This document shows, one piece after another, positions 18,659 to 27,907 of a DNA stretch of 64,000 bases. The notes under the pieces are model-generated. The model ran no database searches, was not told the origin of the DNA, and saw only the letters and a list, made by a program, of their open reading frames with translations. Both the position numbers and the translations under genes were made by a program. The number at the start of each line of letters is the position of its first letter. Within the stretch, counting starts at the first letter, position 1. The DNA is from Candidatus Aerophobetes bacterium Ae_b3b (GTDB taxonomy: Bacteria; Aerophobota; Aerophobia; Aerophobales; AE-B3A): NCBI GenBank assembly GCA_005223085.1, contig NJBP01000004.1, positions 855-64,854 of the forward strand. The letters are read 5' to 3'.

Positions 18659-19683
18659 CTCAGGCTGCTTAATCCTGCCAGAGCCAGAAGAAAAGCTAAA
18701 ATCCAGAAACGGACGACAATCTTAGGCTCCTCTACTCCTTTAAGCTCATAATGATGATGGATGGGACTCATTCTCAGGATACGCCTCCCAGTTAGTCGGA
18801 AGGAAATAACCTGCGATATTACAGATAAAGCCTCCAGCACAAAGACTCCTCCAATGAGAAGAAGCAGTATTTCTCTTTTTATCAAGATTGCGGTCATAGC
18901 CAGAGCTCCTCCTAGAAATTGGGCTCCTGTTTCTCCCATAAATACTTTAGCCGGGTAGCGATTGTACCATAGAAATCCCAGAGTCGCCCCCAGAAGTGCT
19001 GCCCAGAAGACCATCATCTCTTCTGCTCCAGGAACATGGTGAGTATTTACATAGCCATGAAAATAGGTAGCTCCCGCCACGTAGGCTAGAACACCGTAAG
19101 CTATCCCGGCGAACAGCATACAGCCGGCGACTAATCCATCCAGCCCATCGGTAATGTTAACGCTAATGGGAACACACATCAGGATGAGCACAATCAAAGG
19201 AATGTAGCCCCACCCCAGGGCTAGACTGGCTCCGGTAAATGGAATGTAAAGATGAGTATCAAAAAAAGGCTGATAATAAAGAAAAAGGGCAACCGCCAGA
19301 GCCGGAATCAACTGAATGACCAATTTGGTTCTAATCCTAAGACCCCGGGAGCTCTTTTTTAATATTTTAATCTCATCATCCCAGAATCCTATCAATCCCA
19401 GAAAAAGCGAAACAAAGAGAATAAGAAGAATTAGCTTATTGGTAAAATTGCCAAAGACAAGAAGGCTTAAAAGAAGGGCAACTATGATGAAAATCCCTCC
19501 TGCTACCGGAATACCCCTTTTTTCGCGATGAGTGGAAGGAGTAAACCTGCGAACGTAATCAACCCATCCTGCCTCTTTGAATTTCTTTATACATATCTTA
19601 CCCCCCAACAGGCTCAAAGCAAGGGAAAGTAAAGCTGTGGCTGCGATACGCACCCATAGAGAAGAAATCAGGTAGAAGGGCAT
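18652..19683 (-). CDS. mraY: phospho-N-acetylmuramoyl-pentapeptide transferase
   Basis: Multi-TM protein with NITDGLDGL and ...MGETGAQFLGG motifs, plus dcw context. Confidence 0.9.
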   Translation of the reverse strand: MPFYLISSLWVRIAATALLSLALSLLGGKICIKKFKEAGWVDYVRRFTPSTHREKRGIPVAGGIFIIVALLLSLLVFGNFTNKLILLILFVSLFLGLIGFWDDEIKILKKSSRGLRIRTKLVIQLIPALAVALFLYYQPFFDTHLYIPFTGASLALGWGYIPLIVLILMCVPISVNITDGLDGLVAGCMLFAGIAYGVLAYVAGATYFHGYVNTHHVPGAEEMMVFWAALLGATLGFLWYNRYPAKVFMGETGAQFLGGALAMTAILIKREILLLLIGGVFVLEALSVISQVISFRLTGRRILRMSPIHHHYELKGVEEPKIVVRFWILAFLLALAGLSSLRW

Positions 19684-21068
19684 AACTTCATCCTTAATCT
19701 ATCAATGATTTCCTCCATCCTCATCTCTCTTGAGCCCTTAACCAAAAGACAATCATTTTCCCTGAGGAAAGTGAGTAATTTCTCAATCAGGCTTTTCTTA
19801 TCTCGGAAGAAGAAAGCTTCTTCTATCCCAGCTTTTTTTGCCCCGGCAACTGTCTTATGAGAGTATTTCCCCAGAGTGAACAAAGCCTGGATGTTTAACT
19901 CCCCCATCAGGCTTCCTATTTTATAATGAAAAAATTCTGCCGCGCCTCCTAACTCCAACATATCTCCCAAGACAACTATTTTCCGACCCCCTCTAATTTC
20001 CTTCAGCAGTTTCAAAGTCTGTTCCATAGACTCCGGATTTGCATTATAAGAATCATCAATTACTTTATATTTGCCCAATAGATATATCTGGGAATGCATG
20101 GAAGGAAGTTGAAAGTTTGACAGAGCTCGAGCCATAGTAGATAGAGGAACTCCCAGAATGAGAGCTACTGCGCAGGCAGCCAGGGCATTAGACACATTAT
20201 ATTCTCCAGGAATGGTCAGATGAATGGGAATCTTCCCTTTCCTGGAAATCAGGGTAAATTCCATGGCCTCCTGTTGGTTCTGGATGCCATCTGCTCCCAC
20301 GTCAGATCCTTGCCCAATCCCAAAGGTGATTACCTTACATCTAGCTCTTGAGGCCAGTTCGGGAGTCCATTCACTATCATTGTTCAAAACTAGGCAATTG
20401 GTGGGATCCCTATTTAGCAGAGGAATAAGTTCTGCCTTGGCTTCTTTAATTTCCTCCAGACTTCCCAGAAATCCCACATGAGAGTGATGGATGTTACTAA
20501 TCACCCCAATGTGAGGTTCAACAATCTCAGCCAGGCGCTGGATCTCTCCTCTGGAATTCATCCCCATTTCAAAAACTCCTAATCTATGGGAGGAGGAAAG
20601 CTTAAGCAAGGAGAGGGGAACTCCAATTTGATTATTAAAATTTCCTTCGGATTTCAAAACCGGATATTGCTGGGATAGAATCTGCCAGATCATTTCCTTA
20701 ACTGTAGTTTTGCCATTACTACCTGTTACTGCTATGAGAGGCAGGGAGAGTCTCCTCTGATGGTATCTGGCCAGTTCCTGTAAAGCTTGGAGGGTGTCTT
20801 TTACCTCTACCAGAAAAAAATCTCCGCCAGGAGGATAAATTGGCTCAGAGACAATGGCTCCACAGGCTCCTCTTTCGCGAGATTCCTCGACAAATTGGTG
20901 CCCATCGAACTTCTTACCCACAAGAGCAACAAAGAGATCCCCCTTTTGAAGATTTCGGGTATCGGTGCAGATTTGATGAGGTGAGATGGAGGAGATGTCA
21001 GGGATTTTTCCTGTCAGTCTACCCTGGGTAGCTTTCACTATCTCCCGGATGGAAAAGTTATCCTCCAT
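19668..21068 (-). CDS. murF: UDP-N-acetylmuramoyl-tripeptide--D-alanyl-D-alanine ligase
   Basis: Motifs LFVALVGKKFDGHQF...AVTGSNGKTT, plus dcw position. A 16-nt overlap joins it to mraY. Confidence 0.9.
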   Translation of the reverse strand: MEDNFSIREIVKATQGRLTGKIPDISSISPHQICTDTRNLQKGDLFVALVGKKFDGHQFVEESRERGACGAIVSEPIYPPGGDFFLVEVKDTLQALQELARYHQRRLSLPLIAVTGSNGKTTVKEMIWQILSQQYPVLKSEGNFNNQIGVPLSLLKLSSSHRLGVFEMGMNSRGEIQRLAEIVEPHIGVISNIHHSHVGFLGSLEEIKEAKAELIPLLNRDPTNCLVLNNDSEWTPELASRARCKVITFGIGQGSDVGADGIQNQQEAMEFTLISRKGKIPIHLTIPGEYNVSNALAACAVALILGVPLSTMARALSNFQLPSMHSQIYLLGKYKVIDDSYNANPESMEQTLKLLKEIRGGRKIVVLGDMLELGGAAEFFHYKIGSLMGELNIQALFTLGKYSHKTVAGAKKAGIEEAFFFRDKKSLIEKLLTFLRENDCLLVKGSREMRMEEIIDRLRMKLCPST

Positions 21069-21120
21069 TGGCTTTCTCTACTCTTTTGACCATCTAAAAT
21101 CATAGTTTCATCATATCATA

Positions 21121-22608
21121 TTATTCTCTCCCAAGCAAATCTTGCACTACTTTCCTGTCCTCAAACTCTACTACCTTATCTTTGAAAATTTGAAATTTTT
21201 CATGCCCTTTGCCTGCAATAAGAAGGGTGTCTTCCGTTCTCATTCTTTCTAGAGCTTCCTGTATGGCTTCTCTGCGGTCGACTATAACCAAATAATCTCT
21301 TTCTCTTTTTCCTCCAGCCTCCTTTACTCCCTTTTCAATCTGGACAATAATCTCTTCGGGGTCCTCGCTCCTGGGGTTATCGGAAGTAACAATTGAATAG
21401 TCGGCCAATTTAAGGGCTACTTTGCCCATAAGGGGACGTTTTTGCCTATCTCTATCGCCGCCACAGCCAAATACCACCAACAACCTCCCCTTAACGACTC
21501 CCCGTAGAGCTTGTAATACTTTCTCCAGACCATCTGCGGTATGAGCGTAATCCACAAAAACTCTGAAGCCCTGCGAATTTTCAGTAGGTTCAAGTCTGCC
21601 GGGGACCCTCCTTAAAGACTCAAGCCCCTCTTTGATCAGAGCAAAAGGAATTTCTTCTCCCCTCGCCACTGAGGCAGCGGCCAGAGCATTGTAAACGTTA
21701 TGAATACCTAGAAGAGATAGATTTATCTTATCAATGCTGTCAGCTTCCAAGATAAAATGGACACCGTTAGAGCTGACTTCTAAAACCTTTCCCCGGACAT
21801 CAGCCTCTTTGGTAATCCCATAGGTAATTATCTGGCAAGGAGTCTCAGCCATGATATAACTTGCCACAGGATCATCCACATTAACTACGGCTCCTTTAGG
21901 TGGCTTTTTTGGGGGGAGATTGCCCAGTGATTTAAACAAGGAGACTTTGGCTTCCAAATACTCATCAAGGTTTTTATGAAAATCGAGGTGCTCCGGAGAA
22001 AAATTGGTGAATACAGCCCAATCAAATTCTACCCCCTCAACCCTGTGAAGAACGAGGGCATGGGAGGAGACTTCCATCACGACATAGTCAAGATGGTCAT
22101 CCACCATTGCCCTGATCATTCGCTGCGCATCCTCTGACTCGGGGGTAGTGATGGAAGAGAAAGAAGAAAATCCCCTTCCCAGGGTGTAATCGATGGTTGA
22201 TATCTTCCCAACCCTATAGCCACATCGTTTGAGAATAGACTCGATGAGGTAAGCGGTAGTAGTTTTACCATTGGTCCCAGTAATTCCAATCACGCGTATC
22301 TGTCCCGAAGGAAACTCATAAAAACGATTAGAGATCTGAGCTAATGCCACCCTTGAGGAAGGAACTCTGACTGAAACGATTTTTGGGAAGGGGATTTGGA
22401 TTTCTTTTTCTACTATTACTGCCTTAGCTCCTTTTTCTATAGCCTCAAGAATAAAGTCGTGGCCATCCTCCTTGAAGCCAGAAATAGCGACAAACAAGAA
22501 GTCCGGCTGGATCTTTCTCGAATCGTAGGCTACTCCCTCTATTTCCAAATCGGGATTGCCAGCTATTTTCTCTACATCTATCTCGGTGATAAGTTCTCTT
22601 AAATTCAT
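21121..22608 (-). CDS. murE: UDP-N-acetylmuramoyl-L-alanyl-D-glutamate--2,6-diaminopimelate (or Lys) ligase
   Basis: Motifs GITGTNGKTTTAYL...DYAHTADGLEKVL...GCGGDRD, plus dcw position. Confidence 0.9.
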   Translation of the reverse strand: MNLRELITEIDVEKIAGNPDLEIEGVAYDSRKIQPDFLFVAISGFKEDGHDFILEAIEKGAKAVIVEKEIQIPFPKIVSVRVPSSRVALAQISNRFYEFPSGQIRVIGITGTNGKTTTAYLIESILKRCGYRVGKISTIDYTLGRGFSSFSSITTPESEDAQRMIRAMVDDHLDYVVMEVSSHALVLHRVEGVEFDWAVFTNFSPEHLDFHKNLDEYLEAKVSLFKSLGNLPPKKPPKGAVVNVDDPVASYIMAETPCQIITYGITKEADVRGKVLEVSSNGVHFILEADSIDKINLSLLGIHNVYNALAAASVARGEEIPFALIKEGLESLRRVPGRLEPTENSQGFRVFVDYAHTADGLEKVLQALRGVVKGRLLVVFGCGGDRDRQKRPLMGKVALKLADYSIVTSDNPRSEDPEEIIVQIEKGVKEAGGKRERDYLVIVDRREAIQEALERMRTEDTLLIAGKGHEKFQIFKDKVVEFEDRKVVQDLLGRE

Positions 22609-22639
22609 GGATTACTCTTTGTCCCGTATGGTAATTTTG

Positions 22640-22860
22640 GTCAAGAAGTATCTCGGCACTCTTCCCCTTCGTCGCTGTATATCGACTTTGGATTGTTTCT
22701 GCTCGTCATCTCGTCTCGGGAAAGACGTGAAACTCGTCGCTCCGCTCCTCAGACATCACGTCTTTCTTCTTCCTCAACTCCAAGACTCATTAAGGTGGCT
22801 GATATAAGGCTCCTGCGGGGAAAGTCCCTCGATACGCGTATAAATCTTCTCAATACTTTC
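22640..22860 (-). repeat. ~220-nt structured intergenic repeat, copy A (strand given as the orientation matching copy B)
   Basis: The reverse complement matches 27577..27802 with only about six substitutions plus end indels by eye. It contains a perfect 11-bp hairpin GAAAGACGTGA/TCACGTCTTTC (22720-22730 / 22756-22766). It sits between the stop of ORF 22850..23251 and the murE start. Confidence 0.85.
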
Positions 22861-23251
22861 CTGAAGAAACCAACGTACCGTTTCTCTCCAGCTCATTTCT
22901 CCGTATAATCAGCCGGGCTCGTTCGGTAGCCATCTCATTTATCTTCCTTCTCAGTTCACTGCGCTCCATTTTTAGTAGTTTGATTTTGGCTACAAAAAAA
23001 TCTAATCTTTCCCGGTAGTTTTCTAAAGCTAGATTAGTGTTCTGAATCTCTATCCTCAGTCTCTCTACTTTTTGACTAATTCCCTCTATTTCTTTATTCC
23101 TTATCTCAGCAAGTATCTCATCTCGAGCTTCTATTATTTTAACGGCAGGATTTCTACCAATTTTTTCAGTAGCTCTGAACCCCTCGAAAAAGGCCGGCCG
23201 TAGTTCCGATCCACCGTATTGCTTTGAAGTTTTCAGCTTTGTTTTCGGCAT
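22850..23251 (-). CDS. coiled-coil hypothetical protein inserted between ftsI and murE
   Basis: 133-aa ORF with RBS AGAGGGGGG. Heptad-rich and charged sequence (…LRIEIQNTNLALENYRERLDFFVAKIKLLKMERSELRRKINE…). No TM segment and no recognised family. Confidence 0.5.
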   Translation of the reverse strand: MPKTKLKTSKQYGGSELRPAFFEGFRATEKIGRNPAVKIIEARDEILAEIRNKEIEGISQKVERLRIEIQNTNLALENYRERLDFFVAKIKLLKMERSELRRKINEMATERARLIIRRNELERNGTLVSSGKY

Positions 23252-23343
23252 TTTTAACCCCCCTCTTTTGAAGTAAGAAATTGTTCCACCCTATTTCTTA
23301 ATCACCCCAATTCTTGAAACTTTGATACTTTAAAATAGCCTGC

Positions 23344-25179
23344 TCAGTTCTTTGTAGGAGAAATAACCTTAGATAGGTCACTCAGCCACGACCTATTCAG
23401 ATTAGCCGCTGCTGAGGAAAAAAGCGAGGTTAGATCCCTCTTCAGGTTCCTTTTAGGAGAGGGTAACTTCTCTTTTGCCTGGATCAACTCTTCCTTTTGA
23501 GGTAAGATATTTAAGTAAGGTAGGACTCTTTTCATTATTCTTCTAAAAAGAGGTGCCGCCACCTCTCCTCCATAATATGCCCCCGTAGGCTCCTTAATTA
23601 TCACAATTCCAGCGATTCTAGGTGAGTCTACGGGGGCAAAACCCATAAAGGAGGCAATATACTTATTGGGAAGGTATCCCCTTTCATTAGATGCAGGGAT
23701 CTGTGCCGTCCCTGTCTTTCCTCCGAGAGAATATCCGGTGACCTTTGCCCTTTTTCCCGTTCCCTCTTCTACAACCCCTTCCAAAAGTGATTTTATCGTT
23801 TGAGATAAAGACTCAGAGCTCACTCTTCTTATCACCAAAGGTCGGTTCTCCTTAATTATCTTACCATCCGAGCTAGACACGTATTTAACCACGTAAGGTC
23901 TTAGAAGTTTTCCTCCATTTATGAGAGCACTCAAAGCGGTAACCATCTGAACAGGAGTGACTGCAATTCCCTGACCGATAGAGATAGCGGGTAGATCGGT
24001 AAGCGACCAATCCGAAGGAGATCTAACAATTCCTTTGCCTTCTCCGGGAAGATCTACTCCGGTTCGGTTTCCGAAGCCGAAAAGACGAATGTACTTATGG
24101 AATTTCTCCTTTTTCATCCTGCTTGCTAACTCGATTACCCCAACGTTTGAGGAATTTTCAAAAATCTCGGTAACACTTAGGTCTCGATCGAAATTCTTCC
24201 AGTCATGAAATAGGTGATTAGCAACCCTGACTGATTCCCCACAATAAATCTTCTCATTTAGATCTGTCAGTCCCTCTTGCAATAAAGCACTCGCAGTAAA
24301 GGATTTAAAAGATGAACCAGGCTCATAAAGGGATTGAACTACCCTATTCTTTCTAGTGAAGGGTGAATAATCGGAGTAGTGATTAGGATCATAATCAGGT
24401 TTATTGGCTAGAGCGAGAATCTCACCCGTTTGAGGATCCATAAACAAGGCCTCCACGGATTTGGCTTTGGTTTTCTTGAGAGTAAGAGATAATTCTTGTT
24501 CTACCATGGACTGGATGACATTGTCTAAGGTCAAGACCAAGTTCTTACCAGGAACCAGAGCCTGAAGAGTATCTTTAGCAAAGGGAATTTCGTAACCCAA
24601 AGCATCTTCTCTTATCCAGAAATGACCCGTCTCTCCTTGTAGTTCACTGTTATAAGAAAGCTCTACCCCGGCCAATCCCTGATTGTCCACTCCAGCAAAT
24701 CCTAAAAGAGAAGAGGCCAGTTCCCCCTGAGGGTAAAATCTCTTACTTTCCTCCACAAATCCTATCCCTTTGAGACCCAGTGCTTCAATTCTTTTTTTCT
24801 GGGCCAGGGAGAGCTTTCTTTTTAGCCAAACAAAGACCTTCTTCTGTCTCAATTTCTTTGTCAAGCTGGAAACCTTCATCCTTACGATGGGAGAAAGTTT
24901 CCCGGCTACTTTCTTAGAATGGGAAATCTTTCCCGGGCGAGCATAAAGAGAATAGGAAGGGATATTAACGGCTAGCTTTCCCAGGTTTCGGTCATAAATT
25001 GATCCTCTTTTTGGAGAAATCTTTATTGATTTTGTCTGTCCCTTGCTCGCTTGCCGGAAAAACTTCTGGTGGTTTAGAATCTGCAGGTCATATAAACGGC
25101 CTTCCAGAATAATTAGAGCCATAAAGAGAAGAAAAAAGGGTAAATAGATGCGAGCTCGGCAATCTCTTTTTCTAGCCAC
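23344..25179 (-). CDS. ftsI: class B penicillin-binding protein / peptidoglycan D,D-transpeptidase FtsI
   Basis: N-terminal TM segment and PBP dimer domain. Transpeptidase motifs are SSFKSF (SxxK), SSN and KTGTAQ. dcw position. Confidence 0.9.
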   Translation of the reverse strand: MARKRDCRARIYLPFFLLFMALIILEGRLYDLQILNHQKFFRQASKGQTKSIKISPKRGSIYDRNLGKLAVNIPSYSLYARPGKISHSKKVAGKLSPIVRMKVSSLTKKLRQKKVFVWLKRKLSLAQKKRIEALGLKGIGFVEESKRFYPQGELASSLLGFAGVDNQGLAGVELSYNSELQGETGHFWIREDALGYEIPFAKDTLQALVPGKNLVLTLDNVIQSMVEQELSLTLKKTKAKSVEALFMDPQTGEILALANKPDYDPNHYSDYSPFTRKNRVVQSLYEPGSSFKSFTASALLQEGLTDLNEKIYCGESVRVANHLFHDWKNFDRDLSVTEIFENSSNVGVIELASRMKKEKFHKYIRLFGFGNRTGVDLPGEGKGIVRSPSDWSLTDLPAISIGQGIAVTPVQMVTALSALINGGKLLRPYVVKYVSSSDGKIIKENRPLVIRRVSSESLSQTIKSLLEGVVEEGTGKRAKVTGYSLGGKTGTAQIPASNERGYLPNKYIASFMGFAPVDSPRIAGIVIIKEPTGAYYGGEVAAPLFRRIMKRVLPYLNILPQKEELIQAKEKLPSPKRNLKRDLTSLFSSAAANLNRSWLSDLSKVISPTKN

Positions 25180-25201
25180 GAAGATCTCCTTGGAGGACTT
25201 T

Positions 25202-25468
25202 TTAATCCCGGGGCGAATCTTTCCTAATAAATCTCACTTCCTCGGGTTCCCCTAACTTTAGCCTCTCTCGAGCATAAACCTCCAGTCTTCTCAAAGATAA
25301 GGAGGTCGAAATTTTTCTTTTTAAGACCGCATTCTCTTTCTCCACATTTTTTATCTTACTTTGAAGTCTTTGCACGGTGTAGCTATTCCTGATCAATTCC
25401 ATGTGCTTGTAAACCTCCATCCCTGCCAATCCCAAAATAAAAATGAGGATTAGTAAAAACCACCTCAA
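25202..25468 (-). CDS. ftsL: cell division protein FtsL-like (single TM segment plus coiled coil)
   Basis: 88 aa, with one N-terminal TM segment followed by a short coiled coil. Located between rsmH and ftsI. Confidence 0.6.
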   Translation of the reverse strand: MRWFLLILIFILGLAGMEVYKHMELIRNSYTVQRLQSKIKNVEKENAVLKRKISTSLSLRRLEVYARERLKLGEPEEVRFIRKDSPRD

Positions 25469-25470
25469 TT

Positions 25471-26361
25471 TTATAGCCTTTCCGCTGCCCTTAGCCGAGC
25501 CGAACGAGCACTCGGGTTGGCTAGAATCTCATTTGATGATGGCTTGACTACCTTTTTGGTCAGGATCTTCAGCCTATTCTTTTTTCCTTCGCTGAATTCC
25601 CTTTTAACTATTCTGTCTTCCAGAGAATGATAGCTAATCACACAGACTCTTCCTCCAGGTCGCAGCCACTCAAAACTGAGGGGAAGAGCTATCTTTATAT
25701 TTTCAAGCTCTTGATTTACTTTGATTCGTAAAGCTTGAAAAATCTTGGTAGCAAAATGTATCTTTCTTTTTTTCCGAACCTCAGCCGGAATAGCTTTTCT
25801 TACCACTTCTACCAGATCCCAGGTGGTCTTGAGGGAACTTTTTTGCCTCTCTCGAACTGCAAACTCTGCTACCCGCCGGGCCCATCTCTCCTCCCCCAAC
25901 CTCAAAAAGATATCCCCTAGTTCGGCTGCCGAGAGGTTGTTCACCAGATAAGCGGCTGTCATTTTCTGTGATCTGTCCACTCTCATATCTAAAGGAGCAG
26001 AACCCCGAAAACTAAAGCCTCTCTCTCGACTTTTTAACTGAAAAGAAGATAGCCCTAGATCGTAAAGTATACTGTCTACCTCTCTTATCTTTTTCTCTTT
26101 TAGAATTTGAGGGAGATGTTTAAAGTTTGCTTTAACCAAGCTAATGTGTGATTGATACTTCTTTAGTGCTTCCTTAGCTACTTTGAGAGTTTCTTCGTCA
26201 CGATCTATCCCTATTAAGCTAATTCTACCCCTTGCTTTTTCCAGGATGGCCTCACTGTGACCACCTGTACCTATAGTGCAGTCAACATAAACATCCCCCT
26301 CTTTTGGAGCGAGCCAGTGCAAAACCTCTGTGACCATTACCGGCTGATGAGAGAATTTCAA
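25471..26361 (-). CDS. rsmH: 16S rRNA (cytosine1402-N4)-methyltransferase
   Basis: Motifs HQPVMVTEVL...YVDCTIGTGGHS...DLGLSSFQL, plus dcw position. Confidence 0.9.
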   Translation of the reverse strand: MKFSHQPVMVTEVLHWLAPKEGDVYVDCTIGTGGHSEAILEKARGRISLIGIDRDEETLKVAKEALKKYQSHISLVKANFKHLPQILKEKKIREVDSILYDLGLSSFQLKSRERGFSFRGSAPLDMRVDRSQKMTAAYLVNNLSAAELGDIFLRLGEERWARRVAEFAVRERQKSSLKTTWDLVEVVRKAIPAEVRKKRKIHFATKIFQALRIKVNQELENIKIALPLSFEWLRPGGRVCVISYHSLEDRIVKREFSEGKKNRLKILTKKVVKPSSNEILANPSARSARLRAAERL

Positions 26362-26798
26362 ATCTCCACATCCATAATCTTCTCCGATAACTCCTCGAAG
26401 ATGGATCTCTGCTCCCGGTAGTACTTATTCCAGTTTTCCTCGCTCCATATCTCTATTTTATTGAAAGCACCAATTACAGCAATCTTCTCCTTAATTTGGG
26501 CAAAATCCTTCAAAGTTTGCGGCAAGGTGATTCTTCCCTGACCATCTGGCTGAACTGGATGAGCTCCAGAGAAGAGAAGTCTTAGAAAGGCCCGGGCATT
26601 GGATTTAGTGGTAGATAAGTAGGTCAATCGATCTCCGAGATTTTTCCATTCCGATAGAGGGTAGAGAAATAGACTCCTATCCAATCCCCGGGTAATGATA
26701 AACCTATCCTCACCCTGCTTGGTAAGTTGACGCAGAGGAGAGGGAATGATGATTCGGTTCTTTTTGTCTATGGTATGATGGTATTCCCCCATGAACAT
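26358..26798 (-). CDS. mraZ: transcriptional regulator MraZ
   Basis: Duplicated SpoVT/AbrB-like halves (MFMGEYHHTIDKKNRIIIP... and ...DGQGRITLP). It is the first gene of the dcw cluster. Confidence 0.9.
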   Translation of the reverse strand: MFMGEYHHTIDKKNRIIIPSPLRQLTKQGEDRFIITRGLDRSLFLYPLSEWKNLGDRLTYLSTTKSNARAFLRLLFSGAHPVQPDGQGRITLPQTLKDFAQIKEKIAVIGAFNKIEIWSEENWNKYYREQRSIFEELSEKIMDVEI

Positions 26799-26851
26799 TT
26801 AACTCTCCCGCTATTTTCTCCACTTCACTCCACTTTTTACCACCAACACCC

Positions 26852-26879
26852 ATTATAAACTAAAAAAAAAAATTGTCAA
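26852..26879 (-). promoter_or_regulatory. consensus sigma70 promoter of mraZ/dcw operon
   Basis: On the minus strand: TTGACA (26879-26874), 16-nt T-rich spacer, TATAAT (26857-26852). Confidence 0.6.
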
Positions 26880-26913
26880 GGGGTCACTCACCACAAAAAA
26901 TTCTTGAGTGAGA

Positions 26914-26942
26914 TTGACACTTCCAAGGAAAAGTGTTATTCT
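26914..26942 (+). promoter_or_regulatory. sigma70-like promoter of the HAD hydrolase gene (divergent from PmraZ)
   Basis: TTGACA (26914-26919), 17-nt spacer, TATTCT (26937-26942). Confidence 0.45.
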
Positions 26943-26979
26943 CTTGCCCGAAAGAAAATTCTAAGGGCATCCATCATCG

Positions 26980-27567
26980 ATGAAGAAAATGAATAATTTT
27001 AAAGCCATTATATTTGATCTGGATGGGGTAATAGTGAAATCCGAGCTTGACTTCAAGCTGATAAGGAAGGAGATTTTCGGCTCAGAGTTAGATGAGCCGG
27101 TACTTGAGCAGATCGAGCAGCTCAAGGAACCAGAGGAGAAAAAAAGGGCTATAAGGATCCTAGAAAATCACGAAATGAAAGCCGCCCTCACATCAGAGCT
27201 TAATCTTGGTATTATGGCGCTGCTCAGATTACTCTCCCAAAAAAAAATAAAACGTGCTATCGTTACTCGCAATAGTAGGAAGTCGGTTAGGATTATTCTT
27301 GACCGGTTCAAACTGGATTTCGACGCCATAGTTACCAGAAAAGAAGCTCCACCCAAACCAGCCAAAGAGCCAGTTCTCCTGGCCTGCGAAAAAATGGGAG
27401 TCCAGCCAGAAGAAGTAATATTGATAGGAGATTATGAATTTGACATGCTGGCAGGAAAGAGGGCAGGGGTCACCACAATTCTCTTGCGTACCCCTAATCA
27501 ACTATCCTCACAAAATGCCGATCTAGTGATCGACTCTGTTTTGGAACTTGCCAAATCAATCTCTTGA
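26980..27567 (+). CDS. HAD-superfamily phosphatase/hydrolase
   Basis: Motifs IIFDLDGVIV (DxDG motif I), ...VTRNS... and GDYEFDMLAGKRAG (motif IV). Confidence 0.8.
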   Translation: MKKMNNFKAIIFDLDGVIVKSELDFKLIRKEIFGSELDEPVLEQIEQLKEPEEKKRAIRILENHEMKAALTSELNLGIMALLRLLSQKKIKRAIVTRNSRKSVRIILDRFKLDFDAIVTRKEAPPKPAKEPVLLACEKMGVQPEEVILIGDYEFDMLAGKRAGVTTILLRTPNQLSSQNADLVIDSVLELAKSIS

Positions 27568-27576
27568 TAGTACCAA

Positions 27577-27802
27577 GAAAGTATTAGTACTCAGAAGATT
27601 TATACGCGTATCGAGGGACTTTCCCCGGAGGAGCCTTATATCAGCCACCTTAACGAGTCTTGGAGTTGAGGAAGAAGAAAGACGTGATGTCTGAGGAGCA
27701 AAGCGACGAGTTTCACGTCTTTCCCGAGACGAGAAGACGAGCAGAAACAATCCAAAGTCGATATACAGCGACGAAGGGGAAGAGTCCCGAGATTCTCTTG
27801 AC
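27577..27802 (+). repeat. ~220-nt structured intergenic repeat, copy B
   Basis: Inverted copy of 22640..22860. Predicted rod: closing stem 27615-27626 / 27776-27788, inner helices, purine-rich asymmetric internal loop, and terminal perfect 11-bp hairpin 27677-27687 / 27713-27723. It begins 10 nt after the HAD stop. Its 3' end supplies a TTGACA (27798-27803). Confidence 0.85.
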
Positions 27803-27907
27803 AAGTTTTTGACTTTGCATTAGGCTAAGGGCGGATAAATATTGTGTTAATGCGTGAAGAGACTTCTCCTCTGGAAAAAGGAGAAACCAAAAAGAGGATG
27901 TAAGAGA

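Noticed and set aside
22693-22908. ORFs 22693..22908 and 27556..27804, which run through the two copies of the structured repeat (shared SSRERRETRR...SRLSSSSTPRL sequence).
   Set aside because: The similarity is simply the nucleotide repeat read in one frame. The peptides are low-complexity, have no RBS and lie antisense to local transcription. The only sense-strand ORF (46 codons in copy B) has an in-frame stop in copy A.
27776-27790. A GGGGAA(A)GTCCC motif in the repeat that resembles the GGAAAGTCC core of RNase P RNA.
   Set aside because: The element is only about 220 nt, lacks the other universally conserved RNase P regions, and is present twice. The resemblance is most likely coincidental.
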